Shown: piece after piece, positions 9,561 through 20,363 of the stretch
How the letters are laid out: every line of letters starts with the position of its first letter
How positions within the stretch are numbered: the stretch's first letter is position 1
Assembly: GCA_965223545.1 (NCBI GenBank)
Contig: OZ245006.1
Coordinates: forward strand, 1,312,001 to 1,376,000
Direction of reading: 5' to 3'
Length of the DNA stretch: 64,000 bases
Source of the DNA: Planctomycetota bacterium
GTDB lineage: Bacteria; Planctomycetota; UBA1135; UBA2386
Notes under the pieces: model-generated
Database searches by the model: none
The model's input: only the letters and a program-made list of their open reading frames with translations
Told to the model about the DNA's origin: nothing
Program-made: the position numbers and the translations under genes

Positions 9561-10833
9561 TTGCGACGCCCCGCATCGCCGCCGACGCCCCAGCAGCGAA
9601 CGCCGCGCCCGCCGCGCGGCCGCCGGTCGCGGTGCGTGGTGTTCGCCCTCGCGCTCGGCCTGGGCAGCCAAGGGCACAGCCAGGATCTCCTCGTGCGCGC
9701 CGGGCGCATCCTGACGATGGCCGGCCCACCGGTGCACGGCGGTGCAATGCTGGTCCGCGATGGAGTCATCGCGGCGGTCGGCGCATGGCGAGACGTCGAC
9801 GCCCCCACCGGCGTGCCGATCCTCGATTGCGGGGACGCCACCATCTGTCCCGGCTTCGTCGACCTGCACCACCACGTCAGCGCCGCCGGCCAGGACCTGA
9901 ACGACATGGTGCTGCCGACCAACCCGGAGCTCCGCACGCTCGACGCGGTGCGACCCAGCGCCGAGATGATCGCCGAAACGCTGCGCGGTGGCGTCACCAC
10001 CACCCTGTTCATCCCCGGCTCCGGCACCAATCTTTCGGGCTTTGGCGTGTTGTTGAGCATGGCCGGCGACAGCCTCGAGGAGATGGTGATCCGTGAGCTC
10101 GGCGCGATGAAAGTGGCACAGGGCTACAACCCCGAACGCCGCAGCGGCGACCTCGGCGTGAGCCGCATGGGGATGCACCAGCTGCTGACCGAGACGCTGG
10201 AGAAGGGACGGGACTACACAGCGCAGTGGCAGGCCCACGCTGCCGGCAATGGCCCTCGACCCGAGCTGCGGCCCGAGCTCGAGCAGCTGCGGGCGGTGTT
10301 CGAACGGCGGGTCCCGGTGTTGATCCACACCGCTGGTGCACGCGACTGCGTGGCGACCGCCCGCATGTTCCAGGACGTGTTCAAGCTGTGGATGATCCTG
10401 TCGCACGGCACCTTCGACGGTTGGTGGGCAGCACACGCCCTGGCCGCGCGCGGCACCCCGGTCAACCTCGGCCCGCGGATGTACGACCTCGACGACGACG
10501 GTCACTTCCAGGGCATCGCCGCCGGCTACTGGAACGCCGGCTGCGTCGATCTTGTCGATCAACACCGACGCCCCCGTCATCGCCGGCGAGCAGCTCGGCC
10601 TGCAGGCGGCGATGGCGGTGCGGCTGGGCCTCCCGTACGACGCGGGCCTGCGCGCGATCACGATTCGCGCGGCGCGCCAGATCGGCATCGACGACACCAA
10701 GGGCTCGCTCGAGCCCGGCAAGGACGCGGACTTTCTGGTGACGCGCGGCGATCCCCTCGATCCGCGCTTCCCCCCCATCAAGATCTTCATTCGAGGCAAA
10801 CAGGTCCACGGACCCGAAGAGGAACGCGGCTAG
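9561..10833 (+). pseudogene. Amidohydrolase member 7, close paralog of member 6; intact HxH but +1 frameshift at ~10552 (pseudogene or sequencing error)
   Basis: CPGFVDLHHH, IHTA and SHGT lie in one frame; SINTDAPV...GSLEPGKDADF lie in the next. Removing one T from GAT CTT GTC restores D-L-S-I-N-T-D. Start codon uncertain. Confidence 0.85.
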
Positions 10834-12245
10834 TGAACCCCCGTCATCTCGTGGTGGCAGCGCTCGCGCTGCCGTTCGCGGCGGCCGGCGCGGCGCAAGA
10901 ACGCGCAGTCGCCATCGTCGACGCTCGCATTCTCACGCTCGACGGCGACGCCGTCGAGCGCGGCACCTTGGTCATGCGGGATGGCAAGATCGAGGCCGTC
11001 GGCGCCGATGTCGACGTGCCGGCCGGCGCCGTGCGCATCGACGGCAGCGGGCACACGGTGATGCCCGGCCTGGTCAGCGCGTTCTCGCGCGCGGGGTTGG
11101 TGTCGGCAGCCCGCAGCTCGACCCGGCAGTCGGTGTCGCGGCGCGGTCGCTTCCGCGGCGTGCGCCCGACGCAGCGGAGCACTCCGGCGAAGAACGAGGC
11201 CGCCAAGAAGGTCGCCGACGAGGTCTACGCCCGCCAGGAGGTGTTCGGTCAGCTGCTGCGCGCCGGCGTGACGACGATCGGCGTCGCCCCGCGAGGCGAC
11301 GGCCTCCCCGGCCGGGGTGCGGTGCTGGATCCCGGCCGCGGGCCAGCGGCCGAGGTCGCCGACGACGATGCCTTCGTCATGGTTGCGCCGCGTCTCGGCT
11401 CCAAGAACAAGAAGATGCTGCGCGACGCCCTAGAGGCGGCCGAGAAGATCGTGGAAGAGCGCAGCCGACCACCGGAAGCGAAGGCCGAAGAGGGTGCGGA
11501 CGAGCAGAAGACCGAGGCCAAGCCGGCGGACGGCGAGAAGCCGGGCGAGGGCGATGAGCCCGTGCCGGAAGGCCCGCCCACCGAAGAGCCCAAGCCCGCG
11601 GAGGGGAAGGAGAAGGAAGAGCCAAAGGACGGCGCCGCCAAACCCGACGATGCGAAGAAGAAGGCCGAGAAGAAGAAGGATCCCAACCTCGAGGTGCTCG
11701 CCGACCTGTTGCAGGGCAAGCGCCGCGCCCTGGTCCAGCTCGGGTCCGCCAACGACTTGGTGCACTTCCTCGATGTCGTCGGCGAGACCCGCCTGCAGGA
11801 CACCGCGTTCGTCGCCCCGAGCCACGGCGGCACCGCCGGACGGCTCGACGAAGTCGTCGACCGGCTCGCCGACTGGAAAGCACCGGTGCTCACCACGCGC
11901 GGCCTGACCACCGCCACGTACGGCGCCGCGCAGATCAATCCCGCCGCCTTGCTCAGCGCTGCCGGCATCGACGTCGGCTTCATCCTCGACGACTCACCGC
12001 GCGCTCTGCGCTCGCTGTTCTTCGATCTGATGGAGAGCGTGCGCTACGGCATGCCGCGGGACAAAGCCCTGGCAGCGGTGACGCGCGTGCCCGCCTCCGC
12101 GCTCGGCATCGACGACCGCGTCGGCACCCTGTCACCCGGCAAGGCCGCCGACGTCCTCATGTTTCGCGGCGACCCGCTGGACCCCACCAGCCGTTTGGCG
12201 CGCATCTGGCACAAGGGCGTCGAGGTCGAGGACGTAGAACGATGA
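10833..12245 (+). CDS. Exported amidohydrolase-family protein, member 8; no HxH
   Basis: TAGTG overlap, GTG start; signal VNPRHLVVAALALPFAAAGAA-Q; MPGLVSAFSR; E/K/P-rich insertion; GTLSPGKAADVLMFRGDPL. Confidence 0.87.
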   Translation: MNPRHLVVAALALPFAAAGAAQERAVAIVDARILTLDGDAVERGTLVMRDGKIEAVGADVDVPAGAVRIDGSGHTVMPGLVSAFSRAGLVSAARSSTRQSVSRRGRFRGVRPTQRSTPAKNEAAKKVADEVYARQEVFGQLLRAGVTTIGVAPRGDGLPGRGAVLDPGRGPAAEVADDDAFVMVAPRLGSKNKKMLRDALEAAEKIVEERSRPPEAKAEEGADEQKTEAKPADGEKPGEGDEPVPEGPPTEEPKPAEGKEKEEPKDGAAKPDDAKKKAEKKKDPNLEVLADLLQGKRRALVQLGSANDLVHFLDVVGETRLQDTAFVAPSHGGTAGRLDEVVDRLADWKAPVLTTRGLTTATYGAAQINPAALLSAAGIDVGFILDDSPRALRSLFFDLMESVRYGMPRDKALAAVTRVPASALGIDDRVGTLSPGKAADVLMFRGDPLDPTSRLARIWHKGVEVEDVER

Positions 12246-13669
12246 GCCCGCTTTCCCCCGTCTTCGCGCGCGGCGGCACGCTGCTCGCATTTTGTGCGAT
12301 CGCCCTGTTGGCCGTCGACGATCTCAGTGGCCAACGCCGCCGCCGCTTCCCCGGCCGCGAGGCGCCCCGGCCCGAGCCCCGCGAAACCCCACCGCCACAG
12401 GAGAAGGAACCCAAGCGCGAGGTCGAGCGATGGCTGGCGGTGCAGGGTGGCGACGTCTACCTCGGCACGGGGCAGGTCGTCCGGCGCGCGACCGTGCTGA
12501 TCGCCGACGACAAGATCCACGCCATTGGTCACGACCTCGAGTTGCCCGAAGGCACCGAGACCGTGGACGCCAAGGGCAGGATCGTCGCGCCCGGCTACGT
12601 CGCGGTGCGCGCGCGCGGGTTCGGCGAACCTTCGTCACACGAAGAGAACGCCGCCGACGGCGTCAACGCCTTCCACCCCGACATCAAGCTGGGGCTGGCG
12701 GCGGGCATCACGTCGTTCCTGACCACGTTCGGCAGCGGCACGGACAAGCCCGGCGGCAACAGCGTCGTTCTCAAGCTGGCGCCGGGTGACCCCAAGGGCA
12801 TGGTGGTCGCGCAGGACACGGTCTACACGATGCGCGTGCCGCTCAACGCCAAGCAGTGGGCGGATCTGCGCGAGGCGGTCGACAAGGCCAAGAAGGCCCT
12901 GGCCGAGGGCGATACCGGCGCCGACAAGGAAAAAACCGAGTCCAAGAACGAGCCCAAGGAAGGCGGGGCAGAGGGCGGGGGCGGAGCCCGCCCGCGCCGC
13001 GGGCGCCCCGGCGGCGCTTCCCGAAACCGAGGCGGCGGCGACGAGTCCATCGCGAAGATCCTGCAGGGCAAGGCCGTGTTGTGGGTCAGCAGCATGTCCG
13101 GCTACTCGGTCGAGAACATCCGGCAAGCGCTCGAGCTGGCCCGGCTGTTCGGCCACGGCGTCGTCCTGGACAACCCGACGACGGGGTGGGTCATCCCCGA
13201 CGAGATCGCCGCCACCGGCTCGATGGCGATCCTCAACCCCCGGGAGCGGGTGCGGCCCGACCCCACCGATCCCGACCGGACCGGCTCGAACATGGCCTCG
13301 GCCGCGATCCTGGCCGATGCCGGGGTGGCGGTCGCGGTGACTCCACCGGGCGGCCGTTTCGGCGGGGCGGGTGTGGGTAAGGGCGGCATTTTGGGCCAAG
13401 ACCTCCACACCCTGCACGTCGATGCCGCCTACGCAGTCCGCGGCGGGCTGGACGACCGCGCCGCCCTGCGCACGATCACCGCCGACGCCGCGCGAATCCT
13501 CGGCGTCGGCGCCCGGATCGGCTCTTTGGAGGTCGGGAAGGACGCTGATCTCTTGATTCTCGACGGCGATCCGCTGCACTATAGGACCTTCGTCGAGACG
13601 GCCGTGGTGAACGGTAAGGTCGTCTACGAAAAGGACAAAGAACCGTTCTACCGCCACATCAAGCGTTGA
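12242..13669 (+). CDS. Exported amidohydrolase-family protein, member 9; no HxH
   Basis: ATGA overlap; APGYVAVRAR; GSLEVGKDADLLILDGDPL. Confidence 0.88.
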   Translation: MSPLSPVFARGGTLLAFCAIALLAVDDLSGQRRRRFPGREAPRPEPRETPPPQEKEPKREVERWLAVQGGDVYLGTGQVVRRATVLIADDKIHAIGHDLELPEGTETVDAKGRIVAPGYVAVRARGFGEPSSHEENAADGVNAFHPDIKLGLAAGITSFLTTFGSGTDKPGGNSVVLKLAPGDPKGMVVAQDTVYTMRVPLNAKQWADLREAVDKAKKALAEGDTGADKEKTESKNEPKEGGAEGGGGARPRRGRPGGASRNRGGGDESIAKILQGKAVLWVSSMSGYSVENIRQALELARLFGHGVVLDNPTTGWVIPDEIAATGSMAILNPRERVRPDPTDPDRTGSNMASAAILADAGVAVAVTPPGGRFGGAGVGKGGILGQDLHTLHVDAAYAVRGGLDDRAALRTITADAARILGVGARIGSLEVGKDADLLILDGDPLHYRTFVETAVVNGKVVYEKDKEPFYRHIKR

Positions 13670-13803
13670 GTCCGCGACCTGCCGTCGTGACGAAATAACC
13701 AAGAGTCGGCCGCCGGCAGCGCCCCGCGGAACCCCAGCCGCCCCGCCGCGGCTCGGGGGTGCAGGCCACCCCCCCTGGCGCCGGCCCCGCGCACGGAGAA
13801 GCC

Positions 13804-14211
13804 ATGACCGTCGAGTCCTACAAGGAGTTGGATGACTTCTTCCGCAGCATGCGGCAGGCGTTCAACAGCCGCGACCTGAAGCTCTACCGCTCGCACTTCT
13901 GGACCGACAAGCGCTTCGTGCACATGGACGCATCCGGCCGCACCGACCACGGTTGGGGCAGCTACGAGGAGGTCCTCGACCAGGAGTTCCGCTACCTGGA
14001 CTTGCTGAAGCTGGAGTTCAAAGAGCTCGCCTTCCAGATGTTCGGCGGCGAGCAGTTTGCGTCGGTGACCGGCCGCTGGCGCTCCACGCAGGTCGATCCG
14101 GACGGACGCGAGGTCTGTCAGGCCGGACGGTCCAGCTTCACCGTCGCCCGCATCGGCGACGACTGGAAGATCGTCTCGCAGCACTACTCGCTCGGCGACG
14201 ACGAGGAGTAG
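13804..14211 (+). CDS. NTF2/SnoaL-like fold protein
   Basis: GGAG RBS before the ATG; AFNSRDL...W pattern; C-terminal [10 protein letters not shown]. Confidence 0.75.
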   Translation: MTVESYKELDDFFRSMRQAFNSRDLKLYRSHFWTDKRFVHMDASGRTDHGWGSYEEVLDQEFRYLDLLKLEFKELAFQMFGGEQFASVTGRWRSTQVDPDGREVCQAGRSSFTVARIGDDWKIVSQHYSLGDDEE

Positions 14212-14281
14212 GCCGCGGCGTCTGGAAAAATTGCCGCCAGCGGCTGGCGCGCCACCGCACCCCGGTACACTCGCGACCCGC

Positions 14282-17200
14282 ATGACGCAGATCGAGACCG
14301 AGCGCACCGACGGGCCGGGGGGGACCGGCAGCCCGCCGGCCGGGAAGCCCGCCACAAGCCCCGCCGAGCCTCGCAAGTTCAAGCCGGAGCACAAGATCCG
14401 CCTGGTCACCGCGACCTCGTTGTTCGACGGCCACGACGCCTCGATCAACATCATGCGGCGGATTGCACAGGGCCTCGGCGCCGAGGTCATCCATCTCGGC
14501 CACAACCGGTCGGTCGGCGAGATCGTCGACGCCGCGGTGCAAGAGGACGCGCAGGGCATCGCGGTGACGTCCTACCAGGGCGGCCACCTCGAGTTCTTCA
14601 AGTACATGCACGACCTGTTGGCCGAGCGCGGCTGCGGTCACGTGCGGGTGTTCGGCGGTGGCGGCGGGGTGATCCTCGGCCAAGAGATCGAGGCGCTGCA
14701 CGCCTACGGGATCGAGCGGATCTACTCGCCGGACGACGGCCGCGCCATGGGCCTCGAGGGCATGCTGGCGGATCTACTGCGCCGCTGTGACTTCGCCCCC
14801 CCATCGGACGTCGACTGGGACGCGCTCAGCGCGGCGGATCCGGCGACCGTCGCCAGGGCCCTGACGGCTTGCGAGACGCAGCCCGAGACGGTGGCCGCTG
14901 CGCTGGCAGCGCGCAGCGGCAAGGGCGCACCCGTGCTGGGCATCACCGGGACTGGGGGAGCCGGCAAGAGCTCGCTGGTCGACGAGTTGATCCGCCGCTT
15001 CTTGGCCGATCGCGAGGAGCAGCACATCGCGGTGCTGTCGGTCGACCCGACCCGCCGCCGCACCGGCGGCGCGCTGCTCGGCGACCGGATCCGGATGAAC
15101 GCGCTGGATTCGCCACGAGCGTTCATGCGGTCGATGGCAACGCGCCAGGCCAATCTCGCGCTCGCCGGCTGCATCAACGAAGCCCTCGCCGTGCTCCGCG
15201 CGGCCGGGTTCGACTTGATCATCCTGGAGTCCTCCGGCATCGGCCAATCGGACACCGAGATCGTCGACTATTCACAGGTCAGCCTCTACGTGATGACGCC
15301 GGAGTACGGCGCCGCGACGCAGCTCGAGAAGATCGACATGTTGGACTACGCCGACATCGTCGCGATCAACAAGTTCGACCGTCGCGGTGCACAGGACGCA
15401 CTGCGCGATGTGACCAAGCAGATGCGGCGCAACCGCGCCGCATTCGACGGACCGGACGACGAGATCCCGGTGTACGGCACCATCGCATCGCAGTTCAACG
15501 ACGCCGGCACCAACCGACTGTACGCCGCGGTCATGGACAAGCTCGCGGCGAGCGGCGGCGACGGGACCGGCGACGCGCCATCGACGGATGGCGACTCCGA
15601 GCGGATCCGCATCATCCCACCCGCGCGGGTGCGCTACCTGGCAGAGATCGCCGAGGCCAACCGGTCCTACGATCGCTGGGTGGAGGAACAGAGCGATCTG
15701 GCGGGGAGACTGCACAAGCTGCGCGGCGCGCTCACCGAGATCGACGGGGATACCGGAGCACCGGCGGACGCGGCCAAGAGCTCGCTGCAACAGCACATCG
15801 ACTCCCTCGACGAAAAGCTCGCGCCCGAGGCGAAGACCGCGCTGCAGCGGTGGCCGGCCGTGGTCGAGAGCTACCAGGGCCCACTGCACACCTTCCAGGT
15901 GCGCGGCAAATCGGTGCAAGTGCAGCAGTCCAGCGAGACCCTTTCTCGCCAGAGCGTGCCCAAGGTCGCGCTTCCGCGCTACCGCGACGACGGCGACCTG
16001 CTGCGGTGGATTCTGTCGGAGAACGTGCCGGGCGAGTTCCCCTATGCGGCCGGTGTGTACCCGTTCAAGCGCGAGGGCGAGGAACCGACCCGGATGTTCG
16101 CCGGCGAGGGCGGGCCCGAGCGCACCAATCGCCGATTCCACTACGTCTCGTACGGGCAACCCGCCAAGCGGCTGTCCACCGCGTTCGACTCGGTCACCCT
16201 GTACGGCGAAGACCCCGCACTGCGCCCCGACATCTACGGCAAGATCGGCAACGCCGGCGTCTCGATCTGCACGCTCGACGACGCCAAGAAGCTGTACTCG
16301 GGCTTCGACTTGGCCGACCCGCGAACGTCGGTGTCGATGACGATCAACGGGCCCGCCCCCATGCTGCTGGGCTTCTTCATGAACGCGGCGGTGGACCAAC
16401 AGTGCGAGGTCTACATCCGCGAACAGGGCCTGACCGCGGACGTCGAGGCCAAGCTCGACGCGCTCTTCGCCGAGCGCGGTGCGCCGCGGCCGCGCTACGA
16501 GGGTGAGCTGCCGACCGGACACAACGGGCTCGGCCTGCTGCTGCTGGGCGCGACGGGCGACCAAGTCCTACCGGCCGACGTCTACCGCGAGATCCGCGGC
16601 CGGACCCTGCAAGCGGTCCGCGGCACGGTGCAGGCCGACATCCTCAAGGAGGACCAGGCCCAGAACACGTGCATCTTCTCCACCGAGTTCGCCCTGCGCA
16701 TGATGGGCGACATCCAGGAGTACTTCGTCGAGCACGGGGTTCGCAACTTCTACTCGGTCTCGATCTCCGGCTACCACATCGCCGAAGCCGGCGCCAACCC
16801 GATCACCCAGCTGGCGCTGACGCTCGCCAACGGCTTCACCTACGTGGAGTACTACTTGGCGCGCGGCATGCACATCGACGACTTCGCGCCCAACCTGTCG
16901 TTCTTCTTCAGCAACGGACTCGACCCCGAGTACGCCGTCATCGGCCGCGTCGCGCGCCGCATCTGGGCCAAGGCCATGCGCTACCGATACGGCGGCAACG
17001 CCCGCAGCCAGAAGCTGAAGTACCACATCCAGACGTCGGGCCGGTCGCTGCACGCGCAGGAGATCCAGTTCAACGACATCCGCACGACGCTGCAGGCGTT
17101 GTACGCGATCTACGACAACTGCCAGAGCCTGCACACCAACGCCTACGACGAGGCCATCACCACGCCCACCGAGGAATCCGTCCGCCGGGCGATGGCGATC

Positions 17201-17719
17201 CAGCTGATCATCAATCGCGAACTCGGCTTGGCCAAGAACGAGAACCCGTTGCAGGGCTCCTTCATCATCGAGCAGCTCAGCGATCTGGTCGAGGAAGCCG
17301 TGCTGCGCGAATTCGAGTCGATCGCCGAACGCGGCGGCGTGCTCGGCGCGATGGAGACGATGTACCAACGCGGCAAGATCCAGGACGAGTCGCTGCACTA
17401 CGAGAAGCTGAAGGCCTCGGGCGAGCTCCCGGTGATCGGCGTCAACACCTTCCTCGGCAAGGACGGCTCGCCGATCCAACGCGTCGAAGAGGTGATGCGT
17501 TCGAGCGAGGAAGAGAAGCGCTTCGCCATCGACTCCCTCGAGGCGTTCCAGCAGCGCAACCGCGAGCCGGCCGACCGCGCACTCGAGGCGCTGCAGCGGA
17601 CCGCGCTCTCGGGCGGCAATCTGTTCGACTCGCTGATGGAAGCCACCAAAGTGGCGTCGCTGGGACAGATCTCTGCGGCGCTCTACGGCGTCGGCGGACG
17701 CTACCGGCGCAACATGTAG
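14282..17719 (+). CDS. icmF: Fused isobutyryl-CoA mutase / MeaB-type GTPase IcmF
   Basis: B12-binding [16 protein letters not shown]-loop GTGGAGKSS, mutase PTRMFAGEG and [12 protein letters not shown], ends GGRYRRNM. Confidence 0.96.
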   Translation: MTQIETERTDGPGGTGSPPAGKPATSPAEPRKFKPEHKIRLVTATSLFDGHDASINIMRRIAQGLGAEVIHLGHNRSVGEIVDAAVQEDAQGIAVTSYQGGHLEFFKYMHDLLAERGCGHVRVFGGGGGVILGQEIEALHAYGIERIYSPDDGRAMGLEGMLADLLRRCDFAPPSDVDWDALSAADPATVARALTACETQPETVAAALAARSGKGAPVLGITGTGGAGKSSLVDELIRRFLADREEQHIAVLSVDPTRRRTGGALLGDRIRMNALDSPRAFMRSMATRQANLALAGCINEALAVLRAAGFDLIILESSGIGQSDTEIVDYSQVSLYVMTPEYGAATQLEKIDMLDYADIVAINKFDRRGAQDALRDVTKQMRRNRAAFDGPDDEIPVYGTIASQFNDAGTNRLYAAVMDKLAASGGDGTGDAPSTDGDSERIRIIPPARVRYLAEIAEANRSYDRWVEEQSDLAGRLHKLRGALTEIDGDTGAPADAAKSSLQQHIDSLDEKLAPEAKTALQRWPAVVESYQGPLHTFQVRGKSVQVQQSSETLSRQSVPKVALPRYRDDGDLLRWILSENVPGEFPYAAGVYPFKREGEEPTRMFAGEGGPERTNRRFHYVSYGQPAKRLSTAFDSVTLYGEDPALRPDIYGKIGNAGVSICTLDDAKKLYSGFDLADPRTSVSMTINGPAPMLLGFFMNAAVDQQCEVYIREQGLTADVEAKLDALFAERGAPRPRYEGELPTGHNGLGLLLLGATGDQVLPADVYREIRGRTLQAVRGTVQADILKEDQAQNTCIFSTEFALRMMGDIQEYFVEHGVRNFYSVSISGYHIAEAGANPITQLALTLANGFTYVEYYLARGMHIDDFAPNLSFFFSNGLDPEYAVIGRVARRIWAKAMRYRYGGNARSQKLKYHIQTSGRSLHAQEIQFNDIRTTLQALYAIYDNCQSLHTNAYDEAITTPTEESVRRAMAIQLIINRELGLAKNENPLQGSFIIEQLSDLVEEAVLREFESIAERGGVLGAMETMYQRGKIQDESLHYEKLKASGELPVIGVNTFLGKDGSPIQRVEEVMRSSEEEKRFAIDSLEAFQQRNREPADRALEALQRTALSGGNLFDSLMEATKVASLGQISAALYGVGGRYRRNM

Positions 17720-17735
17720 TCCGATGGATCGGCCG

Positions 17736-18221
17736 CTACCGCGGCCGCACGACGTCGACCAGACGCCAGCCACCGGCCATCGCAGTCTGCCAGTCGCTGG
17801 CGTCGCTCTCACACAGAGCGGCGTAGGCGGTCTTCATCTCGACCGACTCCTCACACAGCTGCACGACGAGCTGCGCCCATCCGGGGTTGTGGCCGAGCAC
17901 CAAGACCGGGTCCGCGGTCGCGGGCTGCCCGATCAACGCGCGCACCACGGCCGCCGGGTCCGCCAGATAGAAGTCGGCCCGCAGCTCGACGTGGTCCGGC
18001 TCCGGCAGTTCGTCGGCCATCCGCTGCCAAGTCTCCACGGTCCGGCGCGCGTCGCTGCTGAGCACGCGCCGCGGCTGCCAGCCGCGCTCGGCCAAGGCCG
18101 CCGCAACCGTCGGCGCTGCGCGCCGACCCCGGCCGTTGAGCGGCCGCTCGTGGTCCGCCATGCCGGGATCGCTCCACGAGCTCTTGGCGTGCCGCATGAC
18201 GATCAATCGCATGCGGTCCAT
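17736..18221 (-). CDS. sixA: SixA-like histidine phosphatase
   Basis: LIVMRHAKSSW, DHERPLNGRG, SSDARRT, LGHNP. Confidence 0.9.
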   Translation of the reverse strand: MDRMRLIVMRHAKSSWSDPGMADHERPLNGRGRRAAPTVAAALAERGWQPRRVLSSDARRTVETWQRMADELPEPDHVELRADFYLADPAAVVRALIGQPATADPVLVLGHNPGWAQLVVQLCEESVEMKTAYAALCESDASDWQTAMAGGWRLVDVVRPR

Positions 18222-18249
18222 TGTCGCGGAGCCGAGCGCCGCGGCAATC

Positions 18250-18742
18250 CTACGCCGCGACCACCGCCGCCCGTTGCTCGACCAACCCGGAAGCCCATAC
18301 GGCAATCGGCACCGACACCGGCAGGACCACCGCCACGACGGGCACACCGACCGCGATGAACATCACCGGCAACGTCACCACCCCGACCACGACGGCCGCC
18401 GCCATGGTCAGCGCGACGTCAGTGATCGCGAACCTGGTCAAGAACCTCCGCCGCGACCAGTGCCCCGCCGCCGCGGAACCCGCGGCGGCCTGCAACGCCC
18501 GGGCATGCCAGTGGCCGATGAGGCCGCGCGCGAACGCCCCGGGTGCCGCGCACGCGAGCCCCTCGACGAAACCACACGGGGCGTAGGTCCCCCAATAGAA
18601 CGCGCGGGAAGCCTCGGCGCTGAAGATGGCGGCAGCGACCACCGCGGCAGCGGCAGCGGCCACCCAGTGCACGAGCCGAAACCGCGCAACGATCGTCTCC
18701 AGCTCCGATCGAGATCGTGCGTCCCCGGTCATCCTGGGCATG
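18250..18742 (-). CDS. Hypothetical membrane protein
   Basis: ORF with several hydrophobic segments filling the gap; start uncertain. Confidence 0.45.
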
Positions 18743-18827
18743 ATCGGCACATCTTCGCCGATCCCTCGCCGGGCGTCCCCTTTCCGTCTCAATCACGTAC
18801 ACTCGGCTCTCCTCGACCCTTGACGCC

Positions 18828-19514
18828 ATGCCGATCACCACACTTTGTTCTGGTCTGGGCTGCACCGCGCTCGGCATTCTCGCGCTCGCCGCTCTGCAGA
18901 CGAGCTGCGCGATCCCGATCGGCGCCACTGCCGGCCAGGATCCTACGGGCCTGGACTCCGCCCAACACCGCCGGCAGGCGCGCGAGCGCGCCCGCGCCGG
19001 CCGGCGGTGGACGGGACAGGTGCACGCCCAAATCGGCGGCCGAGACTTGGACAGCTCCTGGGGCCGCAACGACAACCCGTTCGCGTTCGGCGTGGAGGGC
19101 GTCCTGCGCCCGGCCGACGCATGGATCGGCGTCGAGAGTGGCCTGACGGCCAGCTTCGATCGCACCCGGACGACCGAAGCCGGCGGGGTACGCCGGCGCG
19201 AGGACGCGGCGTTGACCGAGTTCTACATCGGCCCGCGCCTGATGGCCGATCTGGGCGCCGTGCAGCCCTACGTCGGCGGCGGCATCTCCGCGCTGTACGC
19301 CGACGTGGAGCGGACGTCGGGCTTCTTCATCGCCGAAGACGACGACTCGACCATCGGCGGCTACGTCCACGGCGGCTTGCTCTTCCCGGTGCACGACCAC
19401 GTCCACTTCGGCATCGACGTCCGCGCCACCTGGGGCGGCGACCTCGACCTGTTCGCCAGCGACCGCGATCCCGACTATCTGCAGGTGGCGGCGGTGATCG
19501 GCGGCAGCTGGTAG
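18828..19514 (+). CDS. Small outer-membrane beta-barrel protein, possibly lipidated
   Basis: Signal peptide with LQTSC; VQPYVGGG; amphipathic strands; terminal aromatic residue (GGSW). Confidence 0.75.
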   Translation: MPITTLCSGLGCTALGILALAALQTSCAIPIGATAGQDPTGLDSAQHRRQARERARAGRRWTGQVHAQIGGRDLDSSWGRNDNPFAFGVEGVLRPADAWIGVESGLTASFDRTRTTEAGGVRRREDAALTEFYIGPRLMADLGAVQPYVGGGISALYADVERTSGFFIAEDDDSTIGGYVHGGLLFPVHDHVHFGIDVRATWGGDLDLFASDRDPDYLQVAAVIGGSW

Positions 19515-19539
19515 CGCGACCGACGGAAGCACCACTTCG

Positions 19540-19824
19540 TCACTGCTCGACGATCTCCAGTAGGCCGTGCCCGATGTCACGCAGCCGGCCGAGCTCGACC
19601 AACCGCTCCCAGACCTCGGCTGGATACTGTTCCGGAGGCCGGACGGCGCTGATCGTCGACCGCTCGCCCTTGGTGAGGGCATCGCCACCCAAACGCGACT
19701 CTTCGTCCAAGCGAGCCAGCTTGAGCCGCTTGCGGAACGCCTTCATCGCGCGCTTGAGCGTCTCCTTGGTGAGGGAGCCGTCGTCGTTGCGCTCGACCAG
19801 GGCGGGGTTGGGTTTGCCTGACAC
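19540..19824 (-). CDS. Small hypothetical protein
   Basis: AAGAGG RBS before a GTG; helical LKRAMKAFRKRLKLARLDEES; good codon pattern. Confidence 0.7.
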   Translation of the reverse strand: MSGKPNPALVERNDDGSLTKETLKRAMKAFRKRLKLARLDEESRLGGDALTKGERSTISAVRPPEQYPAEVWERLVELGRLRDIGHGLLEIVEQ

Positions 19825-19887
19825 GGCGTGGGCCTCTTGGTTGCGGGTCGCCCGCACCTTAGCCGCGGCGCGGCGGCACGGCCAGGG

Positions 19888-20307
19888 TCAACGGCGCACG
19901 GCGGTGCCCAGCATCTCGAACCGGGCTCCGCGCAGCAGTGGCCCGGAGCCGATGAAGGCGCGGCTGGGGAACACGCCCTCGAACCGCTCGCGGTACAGGT
20001 CGTTGAACACACCGTACAGACTCACGTCGCTGCAGTACACCTGCACCGCGACCAGGTCGTCCATGGTCATTCCGGCCCGCGCCATCGTCGCGGCGAAGCG
20101 ATCGAGTAGCAGACGGACCTCGTCGGCCGGGTCCGCCGGTACGCGGCCGTCGCCATCCACCCCCAGGTGGCCGGCGACGTGCAGCGTGTCGCCGACGCGC
20201 ACCGCGCTGCTGAACGGCAAGGTGGGATCGGGGGCAGAGAACACCTCCACCGGCGAGGCGCAGGCGACGAGGAGGCAGAGGGCGGCAACAGCGGCGTGAC
20301 GGAGCAT
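19888..20307 (-). CDS. RidA/YjgF family protein with lipoprotein-type signal
   Basis: LPFSSAVRVGDTLHVAGHLG, FNDLY, FPSRAFIG, GARFEM; N-terminus MLRHAAVAALCLLVAC. Confidence 0.88.
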   Translation of the reverse strand: MLRHAAVAALCLLVACASPVEVFSAPDPTLPFSSAVRVGDTLHVAGHLGVDGDGRVPADPADEVRLLLDRFAATMARAGMTMDDLVAVQVYCSDVSLYGVFNDLYRERFEGVFPSRAFIGSGPLLRGARFEMLGTAVRR

Positions 20308-20363
20308 GCCGCGATTGTCGGCGCCCGGCAGCCGGCGGCGCAAGCGAGCGCTCGGCCTCTCGC

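Noticed and set aside
8907..12245. 1112-aa track ORF as a genuine giant fusion
   Set aside because: It is a chimera of off-frame sequence over member 6, the 5' part of frameshifted member 7, and member 8, which has its own GTG start and signal peptide.
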